This document shows, in pieces, positions 43,690 to 53,143 of a stretch of DNA of 64,000 nucleotides. How positions within the stretch are numbered: the stretch's first letter is position 1; every line of letters starts with the position of its first letter. The stretch lies in the IMG/VR virus record IMGVR_UViG_3300005985_000001, positions 1 through 64,000 of that record; one strand, given 5' to 3'. The DNA comes from a virus. Lineage: Duplodnaviria > Caudoviricetes. A program made the position numbers and the translations under genes. The notes beneath the pieces are model-generated. The model saw only the letters and a program-made list of their open reading frames with translations. It was not told the DNA's origin and made no database searches.

Positions 43690-44098
43690 AATCCGGTGTT
43701 CGTCGGTTGCTGCACACGCAGCGAAGATAGAGGAGGCCCCCTAGCTCACTTTTGCCTCGAACCTCTTTCTTCACTAGGTGCTTCTCCCTCGGAAGGGTCA
43801 AAAACAAAAGGGGTTGCAGAATGACCACATCTTCGCTAGGATCAGCAGTGGAGCAGACAACCGTCCGCAACGTACTCTGCTCCGATGAGTGACTCAGGAG
43901 ACAGGGGTTTTTAACCATGTGGCGTGGCATCCCCTGTCTCCGCTTGTTGTAACCTTCGATGAATCGATCAAAAACCTACGAACAAACTACGTATTACCGC
44001 TTCCACTTAATCTTAAGGGTTTGTGAATCCAGTGAGGACTATGATGTAGACATTGCAAGAGACTTAGGAAGGGATTTGCGAGGTGCATTACAGATCGC

Positions 44099-44128
44099 TT
44101 GATTTTCCATAAAGACTTGTTATATAAT
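44099..44128 (+). promoter_or_regulatory. Sigma70-like promoter for the virion operon
   Basis: TTGATT-N18-TATAAT upstream of the CACCAC hairpin, SD and ATG 44185. Confidence 0.5.
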
Positions 44129-44184
44129 TGAGCCAAATGTTCTAAACAGGGACACCACCCCTGTCGAAGGAGAATACATCCAAT

Positions 44185-44592
44185 ATGCGACGGGTTCACT
44201 GCGAATGCGGCTGCGGCACAAGCTACCCTCCATCACAGATTGTTGTGCGCAGAAACAGCTACGGGCGTGAATTCCTGTATATTCCTCATGCCCTTGATCT
44301 GATGGGGTTATTTCGTCCTCCGCAGGAAATTCGTGTTAAGCTTGACGCCTGTCAGGTAGGTACCCACGAATACATTCTGCCGGGGGACGATTTTTATGCC
44401 TGTGCCTTAGCAGGCTGCCTCCCCGATGATTTTGTACGCCATGAATCGCAGTATGGACCCTATTGGGTACGGACTATTCCGCGAATTCGTGCCCAATGGG
44501 TAACAGCTACAGAAGTATCTGGCACGATAACTATTAATAAAAACCCGCTTATTGCATCGCCCTCTGTGCCCCTTCAGATCAAGCTTAAATAA
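44185..44592 (+). CDS. Hypothetical protein, first gene of the virion operon
   Basis: 135 aa, N-terminal HCECGC; hairpin and GAAGGAG SD; abuts terL. Confidence 0.7.
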   Translation: MRRVHCECGCGTSYPPSQIVVRRNSYGREFLYIPHALDLMGLFRPPQEIRVKLDACQVGTHEYILPGDDFYACALAGCLPDDFVRHESQYGPYWVRTIPRIRAQWVTATEVSGTITINKNPLIASPSVPLQIKLK

Positions 44593-46331
44593 TGGCGAAA
44601 TCCTTATACCGTTTAACAGAAGGCGACAAGGCGATCTTTGCAAAGATCCCTGAATCGCCGAACTACTTCACGGATTACTATATACGCGGGGACGCAACCG
44701 GAACCTGGTGGCGACCGGTCGAAGAACACTCCAGTGTTCCAGAAATTCAGGAAGTCATTGACAAGTGGGTACGCGGCTACGACATCCTCAATAACAAGTG
44801 GCGATCACTTGGTAAGCCCGATATTTTCGAGCACCGAAATCGTGAGTACATCGTCCATTACGAATTGGACTTTGAGTATCCGGCATTTCATGATCATCAT
44901 GGGTTTATCTTTCTGCCCTGGCAATTGCAGTATTGGAATGCCAAGCAAACGACAAAAATAATTATTGGTGGCTATGGGAGCGCGAAGACATCTGGCACAT
45001 TGGTTGCCAATTTGATTCGTATGGCAACTCTTCGCCAGTACACCTGCTATGTGGTTGCGGAATACTCACGTCAGGCACAGCAGGTATTCATTGATGCGAA
45101 GAACCTGCTCACGGGTACGGAATACGAAAAGCGATTCCTGCTTCGCTCCAGCAACGACACCGGCTGGGTTACGAAACCTACCTACAAGCTCACCGTGAAG
45201 AATAGTCAGTGTATTGAATCGACAATGGAATTCCTGTCGATTGAGCAGGACCCGGCAAGGATCAAAAACCTTCAGGGGGATGCCTTCCACATCGAGCAAG
45301 CTGAGCAGTTTAACAATCTGGATCAGGTGATGGAGTATCTGGGTTCCCGCTTGCGTGGGCAGGTGGGTGGACGCCCGCGCCTGGGATTGATGGAGTTTGT
45401 CGCCAATTCTGAAGAGTCTGGAAATCCTCAGCTATGGGATCTTGCCGACGAAGCTCTGACAGATCCAAAAGGCTACTTTTTTCTTCAACCAGAAACCTTC
45501 GACAATATCTACATCACACCAAAGCAGTTGATCGACATCGAAAAGCGAATGCCCAAAGACCCGGAGCATAAGGATCGTGCGCTCAAGGGCGCGCGTCCGC
45601 TGGGCAGCGGTGAGCATTTTCCGAAGAAAAGCCTCGAAAGATGCCGCTCTAAAATGCTCGATGACAAGATGCAGACAGGGCGTGAGGCGCAACTACCGGG
45701 TTATGTGCTCAAAAAGAAGGAAAAGGCACAGGTGGTTGAATGGGCAATGCCACCTGAAGAGGATCATCTGTACATCCTGGCGGCTGATCCCGGCTACAGT
45801 AATCCCCCCTATCGAAACTCGCCTGCATTATTTGTCTTTGACATCACGGATTACCCGCATATTCCCGCGCATCTAACCGCCTTTGCCTGGCCAGATGGGA
45901 ACAATTCTCCCGAACCCTGGATTGCGAAGTTTCTGGAATTTGCGGCGACTTATAAGTGTCAGAATCGCTGCGCCTTTGATGCGACTGCCTGGCAGTCGGG
46001 CTATGAGCGTGAGTTGCATGGTTTAACTGATCTCAATCCCTGGCCGGTGAAGCTGAATATTGCGACCAAAGCGACCTACCTGAATGCGCTGAAGACTTTG
46101 ATGAGTCAGGGCAAACTTCAGATCCCGGATATTCCGTTGGTTTTTTCACAGTTATCCAATTACAAGTTGCCGGATGACAAGCTGCGTCAGGATTTGGTGA
46201 TGGCGCTGCTCATTATCGCCGGACAGATTGATTTCATGTTCTCGGGTTTTACCGATGATCAAGAGAAGAAACCCACTCAGCAAGAAGAACGTTATGGCTT
46301 TCATAGCCGAGCAGGAGTACACGCACGATGA
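44592..46331 (+). CDS. terL: Terminase large subunit
   Basis: 579 aa; LPWQ, Walker A-like IIIGGYGSAKT, RNase H-like ILAADPG, FDAT, C-terminal QDLVMAL; upstream of portal. Confidence 0.85.
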   Translation: MAKSLYRLTEGDKAIFAKIPESPNYFTDYYIRGDATGTWWRPVEEHSSVPEIQEVIDKWVRGYDILNNKWRSLGKPDIFEHRNREYIVHYELDFEYPAFHDHHGFIFLPWQLQYWNAKQTTKIIIGGYGSAKTSGTLVANLIRMATLRQYTCYVVAEYSRQAQQVFIDAKNLLTGTEYEKRFLLRSSNDTGWVTKPTYKLTVKNSQCIESTMEFLSIEQDPARIKNLQGDAFHIEQAEQFNNLDQVMEYLGSRLRGQVGGRPRLGLMEFVANSEESGNPQLWDLADEALTDPKGYFFLQPETFDNIYITPKQLIDIEKRMPKDPEHKDRALKGARPLGSGEHFPKKSLERCRSKMLDDKMQTGREAQLPGYVLKKKEKAQVVEWAMPPEEDHLYILAADPGYSNPPYRNSPALFVFDITDYPHIPAHLTAFAWPDGNNSPEPWIAKFLEFAATYKCQNRCAFDATAWQSGYERELHGLTDLNPWPVKLNIATKATYLNALKTLMSQGKLQIPDIPLVFSQLSNYKLPDDKLRQDLVMALLIIAGQIDFMFSGFTDDQEKKPTQQEERYGFHSRAGVHAR

Positions 46332-47704
46332 ATTGGAACGAATTCTGGTCAAGACCTTTTACGCTCCTCAAAGGCGAAGAAGTCTATGGCGAGGGTGTTG
46401 AATTCTCGAATGGATTTTGCGCCATTCTGTTCCACGAAGATCGTCCAAATTTAAGAGCTTATCTCGATTTTACAGCAATGTGGGATGAAGAAGTTCAGGA
46501 TAAAAGCGATATTACGTTCATAGGGTGGATTGAAGAATGAAACAACGAATCGCAGGACTTATTTTTGACCTGAAACAGAATTTCTATCGCGGGCTGTACT
46601 TCAACTGCTGGGCGATCATCAACCGGCTCAGTGATGTTGCGGAATGGGCAGGGCGGCGAACCGCAACGGCGCAGAAGCGTGAAGATGGCTACGAAGGCGG
46701 AGAACGTTACCCCTGGCGACCGAGATATTAGATGAACTTTATCCAGCTTCGGAATGCACTCGAATTTATTGAAGCGGAGTTACGAGAAGAAATTCTTGAC
46801 CACTTTTGGTCTGGGAAATTGAAGTCTGTGACTTTTCACTGCGATCTGGGTGATTTAGAACATCAGTTAGATTCAGTTGAGCCAAATTCGTATAAGACAC
46901 TTCATCGCTATGTTACTTACGAATTGCACGATTGAGGACCTATGGCACATCTTCTCCGAAGTCTTCGACGCCTGTTTCCCCGATGTGTCGGTTCTCGCGG
47001 TTTTCCAATTATCGCCTGGGAGATTCCTTTTAGTGGCGGACGCACACTCGTTGCGTATTGTGCTGGCGGATTACGCTTCCGAGACAGAATTACACTTACG
47101 CAAAATCGCCTGGATTCATCAGATACTCGATAGTTTGGAGGAGTAGATATGTCAGATTTTTCAGAAGCAGTAACATCAACCAGTTTTGGCGTCGGCTGCA
47201 TAGTCGGTATCGCTATTACACAGTTGGACTTCGAATGAATCTCATTTCATGGCAGGATAAGGCATGGATGTGGTTTGTCTGGAAATTGCCCCGCACCTTG
47301 ATTTATTGGGCAGTCAATTTATGCCTGGGCAAGAATACTACGTGGATTTTACGCCCGCAGACAGTCAATGACGGAACGTTCCGTGAGGGATTAGGATCGA
47401 TTTTGCCCTAATCCCTCTTGACAATTCAAAATAAGGCATTACGATTAAGTCATCCTCTTAATGTAACACCTCAACTAAAGGCATTCACCACATGCCCTTT
47501 GATCCAACCTTCGACAACTGCGCGGATTTTTTCCCAAAAGGTTGGCTCTGTCCCGGCTGTAAGACCGTTCATGCGCCGTTTGTGAGCACATGTGACTGCC
47601 AGAAGCCGAAAACCCAGGTGGTAAAGTTCCACACCATGATCGCCAATCCCTTTTTCACCTTTGTGTTTGAGGACTCCGGCGAAGTCCCTGCGTTTGCACT
47701 CTAA
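46328..47704 (+). CDS. Accessory small ORFs between terL and portal (46328-46540, 46537-46731, 46732-46935, ~46931-47146, ~47236-47411, 47492-47704)
   Basis: Tandem rightward ORFs with coupled junctions. Confidence 0.5.
47418..47445 (+). promoter_or_regulatory. Sigma70-like promoter upstream of the tRNA cluster
   Basis: TTGACA-N16-TACGAT in an AT-rich intergenic region. Confidence 0.55.
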
Positions 47705-47707
47705 TAC

Positions 47708-47780
47708 ACTTTCGTAGCTCAGTTGGTAGAGCACCGATCTCCAAAATCGGAAGTCAGAGGTTCGAATCCTTTCGAGAGTG
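47708..47780 (+). tRNA. trnW: tRNA-Trp (CCA)
   Basis: Acceptor ACTTTCG/CGAGAGT; D arm GCTCAGTTGGTAGAGC; anticodon arm CCGAT-CTCCAAA-ATCGG; T arm AGAGG-TTCGAAT-CCTTT. Confidence 0.92.
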
Positions 47781-47897
47781 CCTTAGCCCGACTGGGCTAA
47801 ACACCGAAAACCGTCCGTATGGCGGCTGTTCTCATCGAGGAACTAGGTGCTGCCATGTCTCTGTGCATGGAATCGTCGTCATGACAGCGACGAAAGT

Positions 47898-48018
47898 CTG
47901 ATGATGGCTGAGCGGTTGAAGGCAATGAGATAGAGATGCGCTATCTCTGGGGCGCTGTGATGCTGTTCGCAACAGCAGGATACAGTTGCATTCGCAGGTT
48001 CGAATCCTGCTCATCAGA
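47898..48018 (+). ncRNA. tRNA-like RNA with an expanded, non-canonical anticodon/variable domain
   Basis: Acceptor CTGATGA/TCATCAG; class-II-type D arm TGGCTGAGCGGTTGAAGGCA; perfect T arm GCAGG-TTCGAAT-CCTGC; about 69 nt between D and T arms. Confidence 0.65.
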
Positions 48019-48062
48019 CGAGTTTTTCCTCGCAGTATCCCTCAAAGTTATATCTCCTTTTT

Positions 48063-49733
48063 ATGGCGCAGAACGAATTCTCCAATCCGGTTCCGGTGAA
48101 TCCGCTGGGGTCGCTAAACTCGCTGACGGGCAATCGTTTCGAGTCTACGCCTACAGTCGCTTCGATTTATGCGCTGACAGAGGACACGCTTCCCCCTGCT
48201 TTTCCACTGGCTCAATGGCAGGATCAGGCTGCACTCTACTATGCATACTGGGCTTGGTTCAATGGGGATTACATCAACCAGACCAAGCAGGGAGCCAATG
48301 GGGAAACGCTGTATAAGTTCCCCCTGCGCATTAACACCCTCCGCGATATTGTCCGTAAGCACGCCAGTGTCCTGTTTGGCGAAGCCCCGGACGGTCCCCG
48401 TCCGTTGGTCGAAACCTCGATCACGGCACGCAACGGTCTGACCGGCGAAGCTGCAACCGATGAGCAAAAGAAGTTTGCCAAGCTCTGCGAAGCGATTGTG
48501 AATGAGGTCTGGTTCCAATCCAACGGTCGAGCGATCCAGCAGGAAGGCGGCGAACTTACCCAGTTTCTCGGCGGTCATGTCTACCAACTCAGTTTTCAGC
48601 CCTGGCGCAAGGATTTACTCGTGCCAGTGGTGCTGCGAAGCTGGAAAGCCGACATGTTCCTGCCGATCTGGGAGAACGGCGATTACTGGAATCTCTCCGA
48701 AGCCTACATCGTCTGCCGGATTGAAGCGGCTCAAGCCAAGAATCAGTATGGCATCGAAACGACTGCTGTGTTCTGCACTTATGTAGAACACTGGACGCGC
48801 AAGAAGTATTCGATCTTCATCGACGGCACACCCGTAACTCTTGTCGCTGATGGACGATCCGTAACCTACAAAGATGTTGAGAACCCCTTTGGGATTGTGC
48901 CGTTCTACTACATCCCGCACCTGCGCGAAGGTGGATTTTTCGGCAGCAGCCATGTCCCGGATCTGGTCGGTCTGATCCAGGAATACAACTACTCGATGGC
49001 GAACCTCGGCGATGCGATTGCTGATAATATCGACCGCGACATCTACATTCGCAACTCTTCGCAGCGCACCAAAGTTGAGCTTCCCAATAGCAAAGAAGCC
49101 GTCAATCTGGGGATGCAGAATCCCTCGAATAACCACCCTCCAGATGCCTTTGCCATTGATCCCCCGCAGCTAGCGCCGGGTCTCACCAATCATCCGCAGC
49201 AGATTTACAACCAGATTCGCCGCACTGCATTTCTCCCAGCGGTTGCTGAAGGCGAAGATGAAGGTTCCCAGCGTTCCGGCGTGACGCTGGACATCCGTTT
49301 CTGGCCTGCCACTGCGCACGCCAAAGCGGAACGTTCCTTCTGGGAAACCGGACTGAACCTGATTGCCAAAGGCATCCTGACCATCATCCATACCAAGCGG
49401 CTCTGGAGTAAATACATCCCTGAGCTTCAGCAGGTGAAGGATAACTTCATGACCCAACTGAGTATTTCTCAGGATTGGTTCCCGCAGATCCCTCGTGACC
49501 GCGCCAGTGAAGTCAACGAAATTCTGGCTCGTGTCGGACAGTTCGGGATGAGTCCGGCAACCGCGCTGGACAAGTTTGGGGACATCGAAGACAAGGAAGC
49601 TGAACTCGAGGAAATCCGCGAATGGGCTGCTTTCCTGTCATCTCTGAAGACACCGGCTCAGGAACCTGGCAAGACCACTCCCCTCAATTCAAACCGTTTC
49701 GCTGAAAACAGCGATGCGATTGATAACAATTAG
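48063..49733 (+). CDS. Portal protein
   Basis: 556 aa between terL and scaffold; ENPFGIVPFYYIPH, GSSHVPDLVGLIQEYN, SG.TL, SPP1-like portal pattern. Confidence 0.85.
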   Translation: MAQNEFSNPVPVNPLGSLNSLTGNRFESTPTVASIYALTEDTLPPAFPLAQWQDQAALYYAYWAWFNGDYINQTKQGANGETLYKFPLRINTLRDIVRKHASVLFGEAPDGPRPLVETSITARNGLTGEAATDEQKKFAKLCEAIVNEVWFQSNGRAIQQEGGELTQFLGGHVYQLSFQPWRKDLLVPVVLRSWKADMFLPIWENGDYWNLSEAYIVCRIEAAQAKNQYGIETTAVFCTYVEHWTRKKYSIFIDGTPVTLVADGRSVTYKDVENPFGIVPFYYIPHLREGGFFGSSHVPDLVGLIQEYNYSMANLGDAIADNIDRDIYIRNSSQRTKVELPNSKEAVNLGMQNPSNNHPPDAFAIDPPQLAPGLTNHPQQIYNQIRRTAFLPAVAEGEDEGSQRSGVTLDIRFWPATAHAKAERSFWETGLNLIAKGILTIIHTKRLWSKYIPELQQVKDNFMTQLSISQDWFPQIPRDRASEVNEILARVGQFGMSPATALDKFGDIEDKEAELEEIREWAAFLSSLKTPAQEPGKTTPLNSNRFAENSDAIDNN

Positions 49734-49785
49734 CGACCACCGAGCAATCCCGCCGCTGGTCATTTATTAAAGGATAAGTTGAGCA

Positions 49786-50448
49786 ATGCCCGAAGATGAA
49801 ACTGTGGTGACGCAGCCGACTGAGCCTACTCCGGCTCCAGCGACTCCGAGCAGCACGAGTACGACCGATTGGGAAGCGGAATACAGAAAGCTGAAGCGCA
49901 CGCTCGATGGGAAAGAAGGTTTCATTAGCAATCTGAAGAAAGAGCGCGATACAGCCCGCGACGAACTGACCAGTCTGAGCGTCGAATTTGAGACGTTCAA
50001 GCAGGAAAATTCTGGTGTCACGCAGTCTCTTACGACAACCAAACAGCAACTGGAGCAGGCGAATGGCACGCTTGCGAAAACCACTGGCGCATATGAGTCT
50101 CTCAAGTTGGTCGCCACTGAGTTCCCGGATCTGGTGAAGTATGTCGCCAAAGGCATGATTGACCCAGGCAACAAGCAGGGTGATGAACTCCGCACGTTCC
50201 TCACGGACTGGAAGACCGAATTCGACTCGCTGGGGATCCAGCGGGCGCAGCAGGATCCTTCCGGTAGTACACCCCCTGCACCGAGCGGCGACGGTCAACC
50301 GACTTTGACGCTTTATGAGATTCAGGACAAAAAAGTGGAAGCCTATCGGCTCTATGGTCCTAAATCAAAAGAGTACATCGAGTTGGCGAAGCTCGAATCA
50401 CAAGCACTCGGCGCAACTGACACTCAGAAAGTTCGCGCACGAGCGTAA
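49786..50448 (+). CDS. Capsid scaffolding protein
   Basis: Acidic, Pro/Thr-rich N-terminus, coiled coil, immediately before the capsid gene. Confidence 0.7.
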   Translation: MPEDETVVTQPTEPTPAPATPSSTSTTDWEAEYRKLKRTLDGKEGFISNLKKERDTARDELTSLSVEFETFKQENSGVTQSLTTTKQQLEQANGTLAKTTGAYESLKLVATEFPDLVKYVAKGMIDPGNKQGDELRTFLTDWKTEFDSLGIQRAQQDPSGSTPPAPSGDGQPTLTLYEIQDKKVEAYRLYGPKSKEYIELAKLESQALGATDTQKVRARA

Positions 50449-50495
50449 GAAATTCTCTTCCTCGTACTTAAATCCCCGTTTTGGAGTACCCTCTC

Positions 50496-51902
50496 ATGTC
50501 TTACAATGTGAACGACACTTACGCTCTCGATCCCTGGGACGGGATCACCCTCAATGAGCGCACCTGGTACGATGGCGTTCTCCGCGAACGTTATACCCGT
50601 ACTTCGATCTATTCTCGTCATGTAACGATGAAGGTGGATCTGGCAGCTAAGCAGAGCCGCACCATCATCTTCAATGATCTCATTCCGCCCCACCCTTATG
50701 TTGGCGCACTGCCGAACCGCGAGATGAATGCCAGCCGTCTGTACGGCGATTCATTCCAGCGCAAGGTAACGGTTGAGCGTCAGGGCAACGGTATGTCGCT
50801 GCACCGTGAAAGCCAGATGTTCAATTACTGGACTGAGGGTGGCAGCCCGGATCTGCGTGCGATCATCAACCGCCAAATGGGACAGGTTGTGATTGATCAC
50901 GTCGATTTACTTGCACAGTATGCCTATCTGCGTAACTTCTATGCCATGTTTGGACTAGGCTCCGCGACCGGCTTCGGTGGTATCAACACTTCAACCGACC
51001 GCCTGACGACCGATTTGGTCGATGCGATCTGGCTGGGCATGATGGACCGCAAGCGCATCTGGACGGATCTGCCAGTCGATAATCTGCCCGACGAGATCTA
51101 CTGCATCACGACTCCAGGTGCGATTTATGACTTGAAACGTGAAGTAGACACCAACGCGCGTGCAGCCAACAAGTTCGTCAACATCGCCGAGTATGCTGCT
51201 CCCCAGCTTCTGTTTGCCCATCCAGGTGAAATCGGCAGCTATCGCGGGATTCGCTTCGTCGGTACGCAGCTTGCCGAACTATGGAACTGCGGTACAGTGA
51301 CGACCCAGACAGCGATTAAGGCAGCCGTGCAGCCCGGTGATGGCGCTGCCGACCCCGATCTGTATGCCGTCGATGATACCTTCTATGTTGGTCAGCCGGG
51401 CGCAACCCATAGTGTGACCGTTACGAGTACGACAGGTTTTGTGGTTGGTGATAAAGTCACGCTCCATAAGCTGCGTCACGACGGCACCAACCCGCGTGGC
51501 GTGCTGAACGGCGTGAACTATGAAGATCCGATGCGTGAAGATCTGGAAATCTTTGCGATTCCAGATAGCACCCATCTGGTTTTCAAGGCACCCTACACCC
51601 GCGTTGGACTGGACGGAAAAGGTCTGGAGACTGACCTCGGCAGTACGGTCTACGGCTATGTCACGAAGGGCGCGAACATTCATACTGCACTCTTCCTGAA
51701 CAACCGCTTCTCGCAAGGCGTGGTGGCAGGTGTGGCACAAGCGCCACGTTTCTATATGCCACCTGCCATTGATGACTTCGAATCCATCTATCGTATTACC
51801 TACGATATGTGGATGAAGTTCCAGCCATACGACCCTGCATCCTTCGAAGTTGCCTTTTTAGGAGGCTCGAACAAGCTAAAGGGTGGTGTGTTCGTTCGCT
51901 AG
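50496..51902 (+). CDS. Major capsid protein (HK97 fold) with a beta-rich insertion
   Basis: Position after scaffold; YCITTPGAIYDL, GEIGSYRGIRFV; GGAG SD before ATG 50496; terminator follows. Confidence 0.85.
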   Translation: MSYNVNDTYALDPWDGITLNERTWYDGVLRERYTRTSIYSRHVTMKVDLAAKQSRTIIFNDLIPPHPYVGALPNREMNASRLYGDSFQRKVTVERQGNGMSLHRESQMFNYWTEGGSPDLRAIINRQMGQVVIDHVDLLAQYAYLRNFYAMFGLGSATGFGGINTSTDRLTTDLVDAIWLGMMDRKRIWTDLPVDNLPDEIYCITTPGAIYDLKREVDTNARAANKFVNIAEYAAPQLLFAHPGEIGSYRGIRFVGTQLAELWNCGTVTTQTAIKAAVQPGDGAADPDLYAVDDTFYVGQPGATHSVTVTSTTGFVVGDKVTLHKLRHDGTNPRGVLNGVNYEDPMREDLEIFAIPDSTHLVFKAPYTRVGLDGKGLETDLGSTVYGYVTKGANIHTALFLNNRFSQGVVAGVAQAPRFYMPPAIDDFESIYRITYDMWMKFQPYDPASFEVAFLGGSNKLKGGVFVR

Positions 51903-51915
51903 TCTCTCTTCTTCC

Positions 51916-51946
51916 AGGGTGAGCCGAAGCTCACCCTTTTCTTCTT
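51916..51946 (+). terminator. Intrinsic terminator after the capsid gene
   Basis: AGGGTGAGC-CGAA-GCTCACCCT followed by TTTCTTCTT. Confidence 0.85.
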
Positions 51947-51962
51947 ACGGAACGTTCCGTCG

Positions 51963-52616
51963 ATGGCAATCACCTGGGGCAACTTCAAAGATCAGCTTCG
52001 TCGCCTGCTGGCAGATGTTACAGAAGCCAAATGGCAAGACGAACATCTCCTCGACTTCATTGGCTGGTCGTTGGATACCTTCTGCGGGCATACTGCGCTG
52101 GCTTCGGCAACCGGCTTCACGGCCGATGGCGAAACCTCGATCTATTTTGTTCCCGGCAATGCTTTTGAACCGATTGATAAATCGGGGGCGGTGTACGTCG
52201 ATAACGGCACCACACTGGAGTACCTCAATCCGGTGCGCTACAACCAGCGTGCCCGTGCTACTAATGGCTACTATTTGATGCCCCAGAACCAGATCAACCT
52301 GGTTCAAACGCCGGAACTCGACAGTGCCATCACGGTGTACTACTTCGCTTACTATCCGCATCCCACTCAGGATAGTGACGAGCTTCTCTGTCCTCAATGG
52401 GCAATCACGGCCCTGCTCTATCGCTGTGCCGCTCATGCGCTTTCCTCGAAGGGCTGGAAATCCGCCAACATTCGTCAGTTCGGACGCCGACCGGATACCG
52501 GCAAGCCCACCGATAACGTGGTGCAGGATCAATCCGCCTGGTTCTTCCAACTCTACGAAGATGAACTCTGCAAAGCGCCGAGACAAGAGCGTGAGAACTA
52601 TTTCCGGGAGCAGTAA
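51963..52616 (+). CDS. Head-tail adaptor-like protein
   Basis: T+G.F...LRR.L.D.....W.D..L..+I N-terminus; position after capsid. Confidence 0.7.
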   Translation: MAITWGNFKDQLRRLLADVTEAKWQDEHLLDFIGWSLDTFCGHTALASATGFTADGETSIYFVPGNAFEPIDKSGAVYVDNGTTLEYLNPVRYNQRARATNGYYLMPQNQINLVQTPELDSAITVYYFAYYPHPTQDSDELLCPQWAITALLYRCAAHALSSKGWKSANIRQFGRRPDTGKPTDNVVQDQSAWFFQLYEDELCKAPRQERENYFREQ

Positions 52617-53143
52617 TGGCGTACCAGGATGAGAGCGTCCTCAACATCCTCATCGATGCAATGGATGAGCGCCTGAATGAAGTGCTGGTGGGCGAATCCA
52701 ACGATGAGACCAAAGCCGGTCTGGTGCGTCCGGGCAACCTTCAGGAAGACCCCACCGATGCTGGCATCAACATTCTGATCCACGAAGGCGGCGTGGACTG
52801 GCAGGATGAACTCTATGTCGAGCAACACGGCATCGATGCGCCCACCTACGAAATTGGCGGTGTTGAATACTGGTTCCGTCGCTTTGAGATTGAACTGGAA
52901 CTCTTCTTTGATGGCGAAGACCAACGCGAACCTCCACGACGAAAAGCTTTGATCATTTACTCACGTGCCAAAAAAGCCCTCACCAGCATGGACATTCCTA
53001 CTGAAAAAGACAGTTTTGGAGAGCAGGCGCACATGATTCAGGTACGCAAAGGCTACACCTCCGAAGGCGGCGGTGAAGGCACGTTCATCTGGAATTGCTA
53101 CCTCTTTGTCGAATTTCTGACGAGTATCCGCGCCAATGCCTAA
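52616..53143 (+). CDS. Neck / tail-terminator-like protein
   Basis: 175 aa acidic protein, position between adaptor and tail tube. Confidence 0.55.
   Translation: MAYQDESVLNILIDAMDERLNEVLVGESNDETKAGLVRPGNLQEDPTDAGINILIHEGGVDWQDELYVEQHGIDAPTYEIGGVEYWFRRFEIELELFFDGEDQREPPRRKALIIYSRAKKALTSMDIPTEKDSFGEQAHMIQVRKGYTSEGGGEGTFIWNCYLFVEFLTSIRANA

Larger units (their letters stand above)
2040..44164. promoter_or_regulatory. Family of 18 CACCAC-loop hairpins immediately upstream of SD sites
   Basis: Minus-sense copies: 2040-2056, 6594-6614, 9710-9726, 11672-11690, 16292-16308, 18019-18035, 19361-19379, 25538-25556, 32257-32273, 33543-33557, 33956-33970, 34632-34647, 37943-37959, 38215-38231, 39687-39703, 40264-40280, 42337-42353. 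Plus-sense copy: 44146-44164. Confidence 0.9.

Noticed and set aside
43880-43900. Hammerhead ribozyme core (CCGATGAG)
   Set aside because: Does not match the CUGANGA core, and no correctly placed GAAA or cleavage triplet was found.
47708-47780. Stop-codon recoding suggested by tRNA-Trp
   Set aside because: The anticodon is the standard CCA, and genes tile normally using TAA, TAG and TGA as stops.
47898-48018. tRNA-Sec or suppressor tRNA
   Set aside because: No UCA, CUA or UUA anticodon loop and no extended D stem.
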